64,000 bases of DNA. Origin: Nitrospirota bacterium. Lineage in GTDB: Bacteria > Nitrospirota > UBA9217. Of the stretch, positions 47,460 to 58,147 are shown in pieces (within the stretch, counting starts at the first letter, position 1; the number at the start of each line of letters is the position of its first letter). The stretch spans positions 2,944,001 through 3,008,000 of the forward strand of contig CAVTRN010000002.1 of NCBI GenBank assembly GCA_963737155.1. Reading direction: 5' to 3'. The position numbers and the translations under genes were made by a program. The notes beneath the pieces were generated by a model. That model had not been told where the DNA came from. It was given only the letters and a program-made list of their open reading frames with translations, and did no database searches.

Positions 47460-48254
47460 CTATCGTGGCTGTTGCGTGAGAGAGCTTGACGTTTCATGCT
47501 CATCTAGCGCCTTCACCATTAAATGACGATGTTCCACATGGGCAATTGCGGAGAGTAGGCTTGCCTTGACCCCGGGCCGTTCTCGATCCAGTTCTGCGAG
47601 CAGGTTCTTGATTCTGACGCGCCTAAGGTCCTGATCTCCACAAGCAGGGCAAGCGCAGCAGACAATGGGATACCCAAAATCAGCGGCATGACGGACGATA
47701 TCATCCTCAGGAACATACACAAGGGGCCGGATCACCACATTCTGACCATCATCGGCGCGAAGAAGCGGCGCCATGGCTTTGATCTTGCCGTTATAGAACA
47801 TATTTAGAAGGAGTGTCTCGATGAAATCATCGCGATGGTGGCCGAGAGCTATCTTCGTACATCCCAGCTCCCGCGCCTGGGAATAGAGCACGCCACGTTT
47901 TATCCGGGAACAGAGCGCGCAGGGTGTATCATCGGGTCCCAATTTGTCAAGAATGAGGCGGTGGATCTGCGCAGGGACTATGCGGTACTCGATATCCTGC
48001 TGCTTACTGAGGTAGTCTTCGATTAATCCGGTATGAAATCCGGGGAACCCCGGATGGACGGTGACCGCGATGAGAGAAAAGGCCACAGGAGCTCTCTTTT
48101 GTAGACTTTGCAGGATATGGAGCAGCGTCCAGCTATCCTTCCCACCTGACAGCGCGACAAGGATCTTGTCGTGATTCTCAATCAGACCGAAGTCTCCGAT
48201 GGCCCTGCCCGCGAGCCTCCTGATATTGTGCTTTCTCTGTTCTCTTTCAACCAT
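47460..48254 (-). CDS. ttcA: tRNA 2-thiocytidine(32) synthetase
   Basis: SGGKDS, CALCSR, LGHHRDD, IRPL, CCACPACG. Confidence 0.93.
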   Translation of the reverse strand: MVEREQRKHNIRRLAGRAIGDFGLIENHDKILVALSGGKDSWTLLHILQSLQKRAPVAFSLIAVTVHPGFPGFHTGLIEDYLSKQQDIEYRIVPAQIHRLILDKLGPDDTPCALCSRIKRGVLYSQARELGCTKIALGHHRDDFIETLLLNMFYNGKIKAMAPLLRADDGQNVVIRPLVYVPEDDIVRHAADFGYPIVCCACPACGDQDLRRVRIKNLLAELDRERPGVKASLLSAIAHVEHRHLMVKALDEHETSSSLTQQPR

Positions 48255-48292
48255 CGGGGAATCTTAAGTCCTATCTGCCTTTTCATCAGCAG

Positions 48293-48322
48293 AAAAGGGC
48301 TCCCGAAGTCATTCGGAAGCCC
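48293..48322 (-). terminator. Intrinsic terminator
   Basis: GGGCTTCCGAA-TGAC-TTCGGGAGCCC-TTTT on the minus strand. Confidence 0.65.
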
Positions 48323-48342
48323 AATTAAACGAACGGCTTTCG

Positions 48343-48651
48343 TTATCGTTTTTTTCTTGCCGTTTTTTTCTTTGCTGCTTTTTTGACCATTTTTTTTCTG
48401 GATGTTTTTTTCTTAGTTGCTGCTTTTTTCACTGCTTTTTTCACTGCCTTCTTTTTTGTCGCTTTTTTCTTCGCAGCGGACTTTTTCCTAGGGGCCGATG
48501 CGGGGGCTGACGGAGCTTCGGGAACGTTTACCATAGTTGTTTCCAAACCGCAGCAATACACCGGTTCCTCATACACCTCCCCTGTCCTCGACACCTCGAT
48601 TTTTCTACCGCACTCCCTACATTCGTACTGTATAATTTTCTCTATCCCCAT
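48343..48651 (-). CDS. Desulforedoxin-like metal-binding domain fused to a histone H1-like Lys/Ala tail
   Basis: C11-x2-C14-x18-C33C34G followed by KKAAKKK-type repeats; RBS AAGGAGG. Confidence 0.8.
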   Translation of the reverse strand: MGIEKIIQYECRECGRKIEVSRTGEVYEEPVYCCGLETTMVNVPEAPSAPASAPRKKSAAKKKATKKKAVKKAVKKAATKKKTSRKKMVKKAAKKKTARKKR

Positions 48652-48834
48652 ACGTTTTACCCTCCTTAGATAATCTAATAATCCACACTGCCACGGTTGA
48701 AATATCGCTTCAGGCCGGAGCCACCCAGCTGTCTGCTTGCGAAGAAAACCATGTTTAAAATAATCGAATTTACATCGTTAAAGTAACTGTAAAATCATCG
48801 TGTGGAAATGTCAAGTTTTTTGTGAATATCGGGC

Positions 48835-49026
48835 TCACGACCACAACCTCGGTTGTTTCTTGCTAGCATTGACCATTGCAATCCGTCGCTCCTTGACCTG
48901 ATGTAGCTCCAATATCCTCTCCATACCTTCAATTGCAGTCGAGAGGGCTTCATCGGTCGACTTCCCTTCCCAGTTCCTTGTCTCAGCAAGCCGGTAGAGC
49001 TCCAGGATCACTTCTTCAAGATTCAT
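48835..49026 (-). CDS. Small hypothetical protein (63 aa)
   Basis: RBS AAGGAG before ATG 49026; helical, charged sequence. Confidence 0.6.
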   Translation of the reverse strand: MNLEEVILELYRLAETRNWEGKSTDEALSTAIEGMERILELHQVKERRIAMVNASKKQPRLWS

Positions 49027-49101
49027 AAAATCTCCTTTTATACAATAGGTTAACTCAAGACAGAAATCAGAAATTCCTCCCAAGCCCTTGGCTTAGGACA
49101 T

Positions 49102-49130
49102 AAAAAAACCGGAAAAAAACCTTCCGGCTT
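49102..49130 (-). terminator. Intrinsic terminator downstream of nrdJ
   Basis: GCCGGAA...TTCCGGT stem followed by a T tract on the minus strand. Confidence 0.6.
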
Positions 49131-49317
49131 AGGTTATACCAATGATACTTCCGACGAATAGTGATGAACAATGGGAGTGCCTCACATCACCTCCAGTTCA
49201 GGAAACATTCTTTTCACCATAAAGTAAGAAGAGGACAAAGTAAGAAAAACCCGAATCATATGCTTTCTCTTAACTCTTTTTCCTCGCACCTGGGCGGTAA
49301 AACTGGATTTTTTATGG

Positions 49318-51678
49318 TTACCCACATTTAGAGAAACCGCAGCCTCGGCAGAAAGCACAGCCCTCGCCGAATTCTAGGAGACCACCACAATCGGGACATT
49401 CAGGGCAAAGTCCGAGATGGTTCTTATTCCCACTCTGAACGCAGTCGGAAGAAGGATAGTCGACCACCGGATGCACCATGGCAGCCTTTGGTTTAACATA
49501 ATGCTGATGCCGGTGGCTCATGCCGTCCTTAGCATAGCGCTCCAGCGCACGACCGATGGCGTCAGGGCAGGACAGGATCGAACCTCCCTCACCCCAAGCC
49601 GGCGACGGGCAGCGAATGCCTTTAACCTGCTTTATGATCGAATCGAGGGACACCCCCGAGCGCAGCGCAAGGGAAACCATGCGGCTTACCGCCTCGGACT
49701 GGCTGGCTGCGCATCCACCGGACTTTCCCATGGTAGAAAAAACCTCGCAGATACCTTCCTCGTCCTCGTTGATCGTAATATAGAGATTGCCGCAACCAGT
49801 AGGGATCTTCTGCGTAATACCATGCGTGAGCACCGGCCGGTTCCGCGGTTTTTTCTCCTCGACCAGTTCTGGCGACGCTGAAGCAACCGTAATATGCTGG
49901 GCAGTAGCCTTGCGCGCCTTTTCCGTGGCGCCTGTGGAAAGCACCTGCTCATCGCGGGATCCGTCGCGGTAAATCGTCACGCCTTTGCATCCCGTTTTGT
50001 AGGCCAGCATATAGACCTTCTCAACATCCTTCTGCGTGGCGCTGTGCGGGAAATTCACCGTTTTGGATACGGCGTTGTCGGTATATTTCTGGAAGGCGGC
50101 CTGCATGCGGATATGCCACTCGGGGGTGATATCGTGAGCCGTGACGAACACGCGCTGCACGTCCTCGGGTACCGCAGGAACATTCGTGCATCCGCCGTGC
50201 TCAGCGATTTCCTTCATAAGCTCCTCGGAGTAAAAACCACGCTTTTTTGCCACATTTTCAAACATGGAGTTTACCTCGACCAGTTCAGCGCCGTCAAGCA
50301 CCTTCCGCATAAAGGTCAGGCCGAAAAGAGGCTCAATGCCGCTCGAGCAGCCAGCGATAATGGACAGGGTTCCCGTCGGCGCAATGGTCGTGATCGTCGC
50401 ATTCCGGATCGGCGCCCTTCCCGGCTTATCGTAGATGCTGCCTTTGAAGTTTGGGAAAGCCCCTCGTTCAGCGGCAAGTTCCTCACTCATTTTTCGTCCT
50501 TCATCGCTGATAAATTTCATCACCGCCTCGCCGATCCGCTCGGCTTCTTCGGAATTGTAAGATACGCCCATTTCGAGCAGCATGTCGGCAAAACCCATGA
50601 TACCCAGGCCGATTTTTCGGTTCGTCCGGGTTATCTGGCTAATCTTTTCGATTGGATAGCGGTTCACATCAATCACGTTGTCGAGAAAGTGGACCGATTG
50701 CCGCACTGTATGGCGGAGTTTGTCGAAATCGATCGATTTGCCGTTAGATGTAAGCATCCTCGCAAGATTGATCGAACCGAGATTACAGGATTCATAGGGG
50801 AGCAGCGGCTGTTCGCCGCAGGGATTGGTGGATTCCACCATGCCCACGTGCGGAGTGGGGTTGTACTGGTTGATGCGGTCCAGAAAGATGATGCCCGGAT
50901 CGCCGTTTTTCCATGCCATGTTCACGATGGTATCGAAAACCTTGCGGGCCTGGAGTCGCTTGACCGACGTCCTATTGCGCGGGGACACCAACCCATACTC
51001 GCTGTCCCTTTCCACAGCATCCATGAACTGGTCGGTTATGGCCACGGAGATGTTGAAATTGTTGAGCCGGTCATTCTGCTGCTTGCATGTCACGAAATCG
51101 AGAATGTCCGGGTGGTCCACCTGCAGGATGCCCATATTCGCGCCGCGACGGGTGCCGCCCTGCTTTACCGTCTCCGTTGCTGCATCGAAGACGGTCATGA
51201 AGGAGATAGGACCCGACGAAACGCCCTTGGTGGATTTGACCACGTCGTTCTTCGGCCGGATGCGGGAAAATGAGAAGCCGGTACCACCTCCAGACTTGTG
51301 GATGAGCGCCGCGTTCTTCACGGACTCGAAGATCTCGTCCATGGAATCGCCCACCGGTAGCACGAAGCAGGCGGAAAGTTGACCGAGCTCACGCCCCGCG
51401 TTCATGAGCGTGGGGCTGTTCGGCAAGAATTCAAAAGATGTCATGAGACGGTAGAACTCGGTCGCCATACGCTCCACGTCGGCGTCGGACCCGCCGTAGG
51501 CACGATCGCCCTCGGCAATGGTCCGCGCCACACGCGTAAACATGTCAACTACTGTTTCAATAACTGTCCCATCTTCATTCCGCTTGAGGTAGCGTTTTTC
51601 GAGAACTTTGAGACTGTTCTCGGAAAGATTAAGGCCCTTACCGGAAGCCGTTGTGGAAACAGAAGCTGAATTCTTCAT
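49318..51678 (-). CDS. nrdJ: Class II (B12-dependent) ribonucleotide reductase with TSCPD domain and Zn ribbon
   Basis: [39 protein letters not shown]-terminal CPDCG...CRGCGFSKC. Confidence 0.97.
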   Translation of the reverse strand: MKNSASVSTTASGKGLNLSENSLKVLEKRYLKRNEDGTVIETVVDMFTRVARTIAEGDRAYGGSDADVERMATEFYRLMTSFEFLPNSPTLMNAGRELGQLSACFVLPVGDSMDEIFESVKNAALIHKSGGGTGFSFSRIRPKNDVVKSTKGVSSGPISFMTVFDAATETVKQGGTRRGANMGILQVDHPDILDFVTCKQQNDRLNNFNISVAITDQFMDAVERDSEYGLVSPRNRTSVKRLQARKVFDTIVNMAWKNGDPGIIFLDRINQYNPTPHVGMVESTNPCGEQPLLPYESCNLGSINLARMLTSNGKSIDFDKLRHTVRQSVHFLDNVIDVNRYPIEKISQITRTNRKIGLGIMGFADMLLEMGVSYNSEEAERIGEAVMKFISDEGRKMSEELAAERGAFPNFKGSIYDKPGRAPIRNATITTIAPTGTLSIIAGCSSGIEPLFGLTFMRKVLDGAELVEVNSMFENVAKKRGFYSEELMKEIAEHGGCTNVPAVPEDVQRVFVTAHDITPEWHIRMQAAFQKYTDNAVSKTVNFPHSATQKDVEKVYMLAYKTGCKGVTIYRDGSRDEQVLSTGATEKARKATAQHITVASASPELVEEKKPRNRPVLTHGITQKIPTGCGNLYITINEDEEGICEVFSTMGKSGGCAASQSEAVSRMVSLALRSGVSLDSIIKQVKGIRCPSPAWGEGGSILSCPDAIGRALERYAKDGMSHRHQHYVKPKAAMVHPVVDYPSSDCVQSGNKNHLGLCPECPDCGGLLEFGEGCAFCRGCGFSKCG

Positions 51679-51815
51679 AAATCTTCCTCCTCAAGATGAA
51701 TAGAATAGATTAAATAAACTACTATCATGGATACAAATTAGGAAAGAGCACCCCGAAGGCTGCTCTTTGAAATACTGTCGGTAATTTATTGGTGATTCTC
51801 CGGATGAAAGGCACG

Positions 51816-51870
51816 CCACTCTATTTTGTGGAATGGCATAATTATAGCCACAAGATGTTGTGTTTGTCAA
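51816..51870 (-). promoter_or_regulatory. Sigma70 promoter with two NrdR boxes
   Basis: TTGACA (51870-51865), 18 bp, TATAAT (51846-51841). Boxes CCACAAGATGTTGTGT (51848-51863) and CCACTCTATTTTGTGG (51816-51831), 32 bp apart. Confidence 0.85.
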
Positions 51871-52259
51871 ACTAAATATAAAAAAAAATCTCCAACAGAA
51901 AAGGTTCAAGGAAGTCAGGATTCATGCAGTTATTTTCACTTCATCCTAGTTCTCATTGCATTAGGCAAGGACGAAATAAAACAGAGTATCAAAACATCAA
52001 GCCCGTGACGCTTTTCCCATCCTCGGAGGTTCCGAGAGAAATTTTCCGCGGAGCAGTTTCGTCTTGTTTAGGAGAAAATGTGCCCTGTCTGAGTTGTGGT
52101 ACACAGATATCCTCACTTAGAACGCGATCTGTTAGATTGCCCAGTCGCTTAAATCCTTGATGGCGATGTCCACTATTTCCCCACGGTTTGTGTTCCTTTT
52201 TCAAGGGCGCAAACTAAACCGTCATTCCGTCCGAACAATTCCACATGCTGCGTAACGAG

Positions 52260-53008
52260 TTCCCGTACCTTGTCTATCAACTGAATTCTCATTCAAAGTG
52301 TCTGTTGTGGAGTGAGCAAAAACGTCGGATGAAAACACCGCTCCGTTTTTTTCCGGAGTTCGAGAAGGAACGGTCGAAGTGGCTCAAGTTAGTCTGCACC
52401 GACATGTGAGCGCCCTATCTCAAAGTGATCAAGAAGAAAGCGCCTCAGGCGATCCACGTGCTGGATCGTTTTCACATTATGAAGCACATCAATGAGGCCC
52501 TAGACTCCGTCCGCCGCGAGGGGGTGGGAAGTATAAAGGAACGGTTAAGGAATCACTCCTGACGACCAGCCCGCGGCCGCTTCTTAAGAACAAACCAAAT
52601 CTGGCGGAGAACCAGGTTATCAAATTGAAGGAGTTGCTTGGGAGCAAACTGAAGTCGGTAAAGTCGTACCTGATGAAAGAGGACTTTCAGCAATTCTGGA
52701 CATACCAGTCGCCGGTATCGGCGGAGAAGTTCCTTGATTCATGGACCAGGCGAACGATGTACACCCGAATCGAGCCGATGAAGAAATTCGCTCGCATGCT
52801 TCGCAAACATCAGGGGCTCGTATTGAATTGGTTCAAGGCTGATGGAGTTGTATCAGGAGGCATGGTGGAGGGTTTAAACCTCAAGGCGAAATTGACTATG
52901 AGAAAAGCATAAGGCTTTCGGAACGTGGAAACGCTGCAAACGGCTTTATATCATACGCTTGGAAAGCTACCGGAGCCGAAAATCAATCACAGATTCAGCT
53001 GACGAACC
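52260..53008 (+). pseudogene. ISL3-family transposase remnant
   Basis: VCTDM*APYLKVI...LDRFHIMK...VEGLNLKAKLTMRKA*GFR...LYHTLGKLPEP; stops and frameshifts. Confidence 0.88.
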
Positions 53009-53052
53009 ACAAAAATCTTTATTTTTTCACCTGATTATTAAATATATTGCAT

Positions 53053-53529
53053 CTACTCCACCACCCAAACTGCGCAGTTCTTGGCCTCATGGATGAGCCG
53101 GTTCGATGTGCTGCCATAAAGAAACTCCTCAGCTTTCGTTTTGTGGTGACGACCGACAACCACGGTGCAGCAGGTGAGATCACACCGGGTCTCCAAAATG
53201 GCATCGGACATCGACTTTGACTCACCCACACAGGCGCGGTAGTGCACTTTGTTCTCGGGAAACCCGGATTGAATCAGGACTTGCCGGTAGTTCTTAAGCA
53301 TGTTGTTGGCGGTATCAAGCTCTTTCTTCAGCCACTCGTTCATCTCGGCATCGGAATCGAAGAAATCTGGCTCGGCATCGGGGATGATCGATAGCAGCAT
53401 GACAGTAAATCCCGGGAAGCCTCCGAGAAAATCGGCCACATAAAGCACGGCGCGTCGCGAGCTGTCCGTTTCATCGACGGCGATCAGGAGATGCTTGTCT
53501 TTCACCAGGTTATCGGTTTCGGATTTCAT
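53053..53529 (-). CDS. Universal stress protein
   Basis: LLIAVD, VVVGR...LYGSTSNRLIHEAKNCAVWVVE. Confidence 0.9.
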   Translation of the reverse strand: MKSETDNLVKDKHLLIAVDETDSSRRAVLYVADFLGGFPGFTVMLLSIIPDAEPDFFDSDAEMNEWLKKELDTANNMLKNYRQVLIQSGFPENKVHYRACVGESKSMSDAILETRCDLTCCTVVVGRHHKTKAEEFLYGSTSNRLIHEAKNCAVWVVE

Positions 53530-53673
53530 AGAGGAGCTCCTTTCGATAAACAAAATATTTTTCATGAAGGCATCGTAGCAATCGTGGAGAATTAAAGCCT
53601 GTTCAGATTGACTTTTTCCTCTTCAATAAAATCATTTCTTTGTGACCCTTGGATTCTCCACGATCCCGGTCAT

Positions 53674-54654
53674 TCAAGGGGTCAAGTCTTCCAGCGCCTC
53701 TCCCAGGTCTTCAAGCAGTTCCCGGGTCTCTTCATAGTAAACCGGCGCACTTAAAGCGAAATGCATAAGCACGCGGTTCAATTTTTCTGGGATATAGGGA
53801 TATATCTTTTTCAGGTTGTTCACCCGGTTATGAAATACGATATTTACATCGTCCTCCGTCAATCGTTCCAGTAGTTCGGGGTTTTCTTTGAGAAGCCGGT
53901 ACGTAGTAATGTCTCCTCTGCCAGTGATGAAAAGCAGGACATTGCCGAGGCCAAAAAGATCGTAGCCGAAACGGCTTTCGCCATGATGATAGTTGAAATC
54001 GAAGTCGATCCAGCGGTACCTACCCGTTGATGCATCCTGGATGATATGGTCACGTCGGATATCTCCGTGTTTTTCGTCGTTCTCGTGCAAAAAGCGTATA
54101 GCGCCGACGATGCCCATGAATTTATCGAGCAGTGCAGGATAATAATGACGAAAATAGTCCTCGTGGTTTTCGCCCATCTCCAGCGTAACCTGGCCCAGAG
54201 TTTTGCCTTTGATGTAATCCAAAATACGAAGCTGGTTTCCTGCCGAATCTAATACGGTCTTACCCTGCATGAAATCCGGCCTGCCGCGCACGAGATCAAG
54301 GATTCGTGCCTCTTTCTGCGGGCTTCTGACACATTCGAATACGAGGGTCCCGATTTTTGCCCGGAACCGTTCCTTGAAAACCCACTTTAGGATGGCAACA
54401 TCGCCTGTCAGGAGATTGCGTGCCCGCTTGACCCAGAACTTCTGCTCGTCATCGATGCCGAATCTGCCTTCGCGCTCGTTGTTACGTATAAAATAGGGTA
54501 TCCCGTCGAGCACAACCACATCGTCGTAGTCTACGCGGAAAAAATCCGAGGTATCCTTTACTTGCACGCGCTTGGGCACACGGTCTCGAGGAACCACCTT
54601 GCGGATCATGTGCAACAGTTCCTTCTCCGAATATCCTCTGTTGTCAGCCCCCAT
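53674..54654 (-). CDS. Atypical protein-kinase-like protein
   Basis: AILK, KEARIL, HGDIRRDHI, WIDFD, DLFGLG. Confidence 0.8.
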   Translation of the reverse strand: MGADNRGYSEKELLHMIRKVVPRDRVPKRVQVKDTSDFFRVDYDDVVVLDGIPYFIRNNEREGRFGIDDEQKFWVKRARNLLTGDVAILKWVFKERFRAKIGTLVFECVRSPQKEARILDLVRGRPDFMQGKTVLDSAGNQLRILDYIKGKTLGQVTLEMGENHEDYFRHYYPALLDKFMGIVGAIRFLHENDEKHGDIRRDHIIQDASTGRYRWIDFDFNYHHGESRFGYDLFGLGNVLLFITGRGDITTYRLLKENPELLERLTEDDVNIVFHNRVNNLKKIYPYIPEKLNRVLMHFALSAPVYYEETRELLEDLGEALEDLTP

Positions 54655-55648
54655 AAATGCCGCCCCTATTGACAAGATCAATACTACACGAATTCATGAT
54701 ATTTGCTTACGATTATGTTTCGCTGAGCACTAGTACTTCAATTATATCAGAGCCAGTTTTTCCCGAACTGGAAATCTGTCGGCCTAAGCTCATACAGCAA
54801 TGGGTACCGAGAAGCGTTTTCCGTCCTGCCCCTGCCAAGAGGCATCCGGCGAAACATGCCGGAAAGGATAAGTACTTCGGTCGACTTGCTGAATCAACGA
54901 ATTGAATAAGGCAATCATCTCAATTTTGCGTAGCGTGACCGGCATTCCTTGTTGACAAATCTGAATTGACGTAAGGCGAACAGCCCAGCCGCGTTCGACA
55001 TGGGAGGGGGGGCGGGGCTGATGGGTCCTGTCATTTGTGAGAAGGAAGTAGTTCTGTCGGTTCAATGAGCGAAATGAATCAACATCGGGATGATCTCCTT
55101 GGTTATCGAATTATTTTTTTTGAACTGCTCCTTTTCTATATGCTTTTATTAATAGGTTCATTGCCGCATATAGACATGTTTCTTGACAGCAACCAAACTC
55201 GAATCAATTCAAAATTCAAGGACAGAATATACACGATCATCATGCTTGTCTCCCGAGTTTCCCAGGTTAAGTATTTTTGATATATTTATATCCGAATATT
55301 TACCAAGCAACCGATTATTATATTTAGGTATGTAAATATATATTAAGAGAAACCGGGCAGACAGGAGTAAAAATAAAGATAATGGGATTGGATTCAGGAC
55401 TCAGGGAGCCGGCAAAAAACATCTTAATTCCCTCAACAAAACCACAACTCTCACAATCCCCCTGTTTCCACCTATTTTAATGGAGAGTTGATATGATACC
55501 GGCAGGGGACGCTGGCCAATAGATGCATGCCGGATCTTGTTTGCTGTCTTTTTACTTGACTTTTCGGGCAAATAGAGATAATTTCACTTTAACTTTATTG
55601 GGGGACGGGCGGTTCTCTCCATCCCTCTGCGGAGGTATCGAATCGTTC

Positions 55649-56407
55649 ATGTCGTACCAGATCAAACTTGAGATTTTTGAAGGTCCCATGGACCTTCTTC
55701 TGCACCTCATCAAAAAGCACGAACTCGACATCTACTCTATTCCCATCTCACTTATCACCCAGCAATATCTCGAATACATCGAACTCATGAAGAGCCTCGA
55801 TATGGAGATCGCAGGCGAGTTTCTGGTAATGGCATCGACGCTCACGCACATCAAGTCCAAGATGCTCCTGCCCCCACCTGAGAATCCTGAAAATGATGAA
55901 GACGGCGTTGATCCCCGGCAAGAACTAATCAGAAGGCTTCTTGAATACAAGACCTTCAAGAATGCTGCAGACTCCCTGGAGAACAAGGAAGAAGCCTGGT
56001 CGAAGATTTATACGCGCCCGGCCGAAACAGCACCCGATCTCCCGACCGGCGATGAACCCATGCTCTTTGATTTCCACCTCTTCGACCTTCTTGCAGCGCT
56101 CAAGGACGTAATGGCTCGCGTTCCTGACGCCGGGTTTGAAATCACAGCCGAGGCTGTTTCTATCACAGAGAAAATTTCCCTGATCCTGGCCCGACTCGAG
56201 GCTGTGGACAGTCTGCTCTTTGCCGACTTGTTCGAAGGAAACTCGAGCAGGGCCCAAGTGATCGGCACTTTTCTGGCGCTCCTCGAACTCATAAAGACCC
56301 GCGTTATAAAAGCCGTACAGGTCGAGCATTTCGGGGCCATCAGAATCATAAAGGCAGTGAACGAGGCAACGGCCCGCGATACAGCAACCGGCAATCTATT
56401 CGGGTAA
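55649..56407 (+). CDS. scpA: Segregation and condensation protein A (kleisin)
   Basis: FEGPMDLLLHLI, EFLVMA, KSKMLLP, TFLALLEL. Confidence 0.96.
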   Translation: MSYQIKLEIFEGPMDLLLHLIKKHELDIYSIPISLITQQYLEYIELMKSLDMEIAGEFLVMASTLTHIKSKMLLPPPENPENDEDGVDPRQELIRRLLEYKTFKNAADSLENKEEAWSKIYTRPAETAPDLPTGDEPMLFDFHLFDLLAALKDVMARVPDAGFEITAEAVSITEKISLILARLEAVDSLLFADLFEGNSSRAQVIGTFLALLELIKTRVIKAVQVEHFGAIRIIKAVNEATARDTATGNLFG

Positions 56408-56468
56408 GTTACACCAATGGGGAATGTCAAAATATTCACGCTGTTTAAGCACTTAGAACAAAAGGTCT

Positions 56469-57317
56469 ATGAAACCCGATATCAAATCGCTTGCGCAACA
56501 GAAAAAATTCGGTGATATCGAAACCGCCGTGTACAACGATCGATCGCTTATCGGAGACCTTGTGGCTCTCCTGTCCGAGAAGAACGGCGACGTGCGCTCC
56601 GGCGTATTGAACCTTCTATCCCGCGTGGGATTCGATTATCCGAATGATACGCGGCCCCATCTCCCGGCGCTCATAGCGCTCCTCGACGACCCCGATATGT
56701 TCATCAAAATCGATGCATCAAACGCCGTGGGGAACCTGGGTTTCAACTTCAAGGATTCGGCTTCTCAGGCTTCGCCCAAACTCAAAACACTACTAGACCA
56801 TGAGCAGAGCCTGGTGCGGCAGGAAGCGGCCTACGCCCTCGGGAATATCGGTTTTGCCCACACCGATCTAGTCAGGGATGCGGTGCCACGTCTGATCCTG
56901 ATGCTCGAACGTGGGGACGACGATGAACGCGAGTCTGCCGCCCACGCCCTCGGCAAAATCGGCATTAATGCCCCGGAGCTGATCCGCGGCATCCTCCCGA
57001 AACTCATTGAGGTGCTTGAATTTTCCAAAGAGGCGACCTGCGGCGGTGTGCTCTTCGCACTGGGAGCCATCGGCCTCCACTATCCCCAGGAAGTGGCGGG
57101 GTTGGTGCCGCGTTTGATGCAATACCTGGAAAGCAGCCAGCCGAACGCGGTCAAGAATGCCATCGCGGCCATCGGAAACATCGGAAGCTCCAATCCCGAT
57201 CTCGTGAAGGACTCCATTCCGAAGATCCGCAAAATTATGGAAACATCGACAGATATTGACGTGAAAATGAACGCCAAAGTGGCGCTCGGAAGGTTGGGTG
57301 ATCCTTCGGCGATGTGA
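56469..57317 (+). CDS. HEAT-repeat protein
   Basis: About seven ~38-aa repeats (LLDHEQSLVRQEAAYALGNIG; ERESAAHALGKIG). Confidence 0.9.
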   Translation: MKPDIKSLAQQKKFGDIETAVYNDRSLIGDLVALLSEKNGDVRSGVLNLLSRVGFDYPNDTRPHLPALIALLDDPDMFIKIDASNAVGNLGFNFKDSASQASPKLKTLLDHEQSLVRQEAAYALGNIGFAHTDLVRDAVPRLILMLERGDDDERESAAHALGKIGINAPELIRGILPKLIEVLEFSKEATCGGVLFALGAIGLHYPQEVAGLVPRLMQYLESSQPNAVKNAIAAIGNIGSSNPDLVKDSIPKIRKIMETSTDIDVKMNAKVALGRLGDPSAM

Positions 57318-57457
57318 GAAACAAATTTTCATGCGCAAATGAATATGGGTTATAATATAGCATTGCTTTTCTGAAATGTGGAGACCCATTTTAGGTTTTT
57401 TCGTTCTATCGACATTCATTCGTTGTTCCCTATCATTTAATTCTGTGAGGTTCAATT

Positions 57458-58147
57458 TTGGAAGATCAAGAATTGAAATCGGCAATCGAAGCCGTTCTTT
57501 TCATCGCAGGCAATCCAGTGTCTGTTGATAAGCTAAAAAATCTGTTTGGAGATGCGACACAGGAGCAGATCGAAGCGCAACTTGCCAGGCTCAGACAGGA
57601 CTATGACAACCGTAGCGCCGGTATCATGCTGGCGGAAATTGCGGGTGGATATCAGCTCGCCACGAGGCCGGAGAATGCTGCATGGCTGAGAAAGTTTCGC
57701 TCCGTCAAGGCCTCTGCCAGGCTATCGAAACCAGCTCTCGAGACGCTTGCCATAGTGGCCTATAAACAGCCGATAACGCGCACCGAAGCGGAAGTTATCC
57801 GCGGGGTAAACATCGGCGGCATCATGCGGAACCTCATGGAGCGCCGGCTCGTGAAGATCGTTGGCAAGAAGGACGTGCCTGGCAAGCCCATGCTCTACGG
57901 CACGACACCAGAGTTTCTTCAGTATTTCGGGTTGAAGGATCTCTCCGCGTTGCCCACGCTCAAGGAATTCCAAGACCTCGAAGAAGGCGAAGAGGTCATG
58001 GAAGAAGCCAACAGAGACGAGGATGCCGATGCGGTGGATGCGCAGGCATCTGAGGATGCGGCAATCTCGAGTGAAATAACAGGGACGGAAGCGGCGGAGA
58101 ACAAGCCGGTAATTTCAGCCCTATCCGAGGAGAACATCACAGGATGA
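57458..58147 (+). CDS. scpB: Segregation and condensation protein B
   Basis: IEAVLF, GGYQL.T, LSKPALETLAIVAYKQPITR, YGTTPEFLQYFGL. Confidence 0.96.
   Translation: MEDQELKSAIEAVLFIAGNPVSVDKLKNLFGDATQEQIEAQLARLRQDYDNRSAGIMLAEIAGGYQLATRPENAAWLRKFRSVKASARLSKPALETLAIVAYKQPITRTEAEVIRGVNIGGIMRNLMERRLVKIVGKKDVPGKPMLYGTTPEFLQYFGLKDLSALPTLKEFQDLEEGEEVMEEANRDEDADAVDAQASEDAAISSEITGTEAAENKPVISALSEENITG

Noticed and set aside
49894-51273. 459-aa plus-strand ORF (and similar long antisense ORFs over katG, purA and serA)
   Set aside because: Antisense shadows of GC-rich genes with no protein motifs.
49318-51678. Intein or intron in nrdJ
   Set aside because: The motifs are contiguous and the length is normal.
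52400-52415. In-frame TGA in the ISL3 transposase as selenocysteine
   Set aside because: It replaces Trp in DMW, and the gene has other stops and frameshifts.
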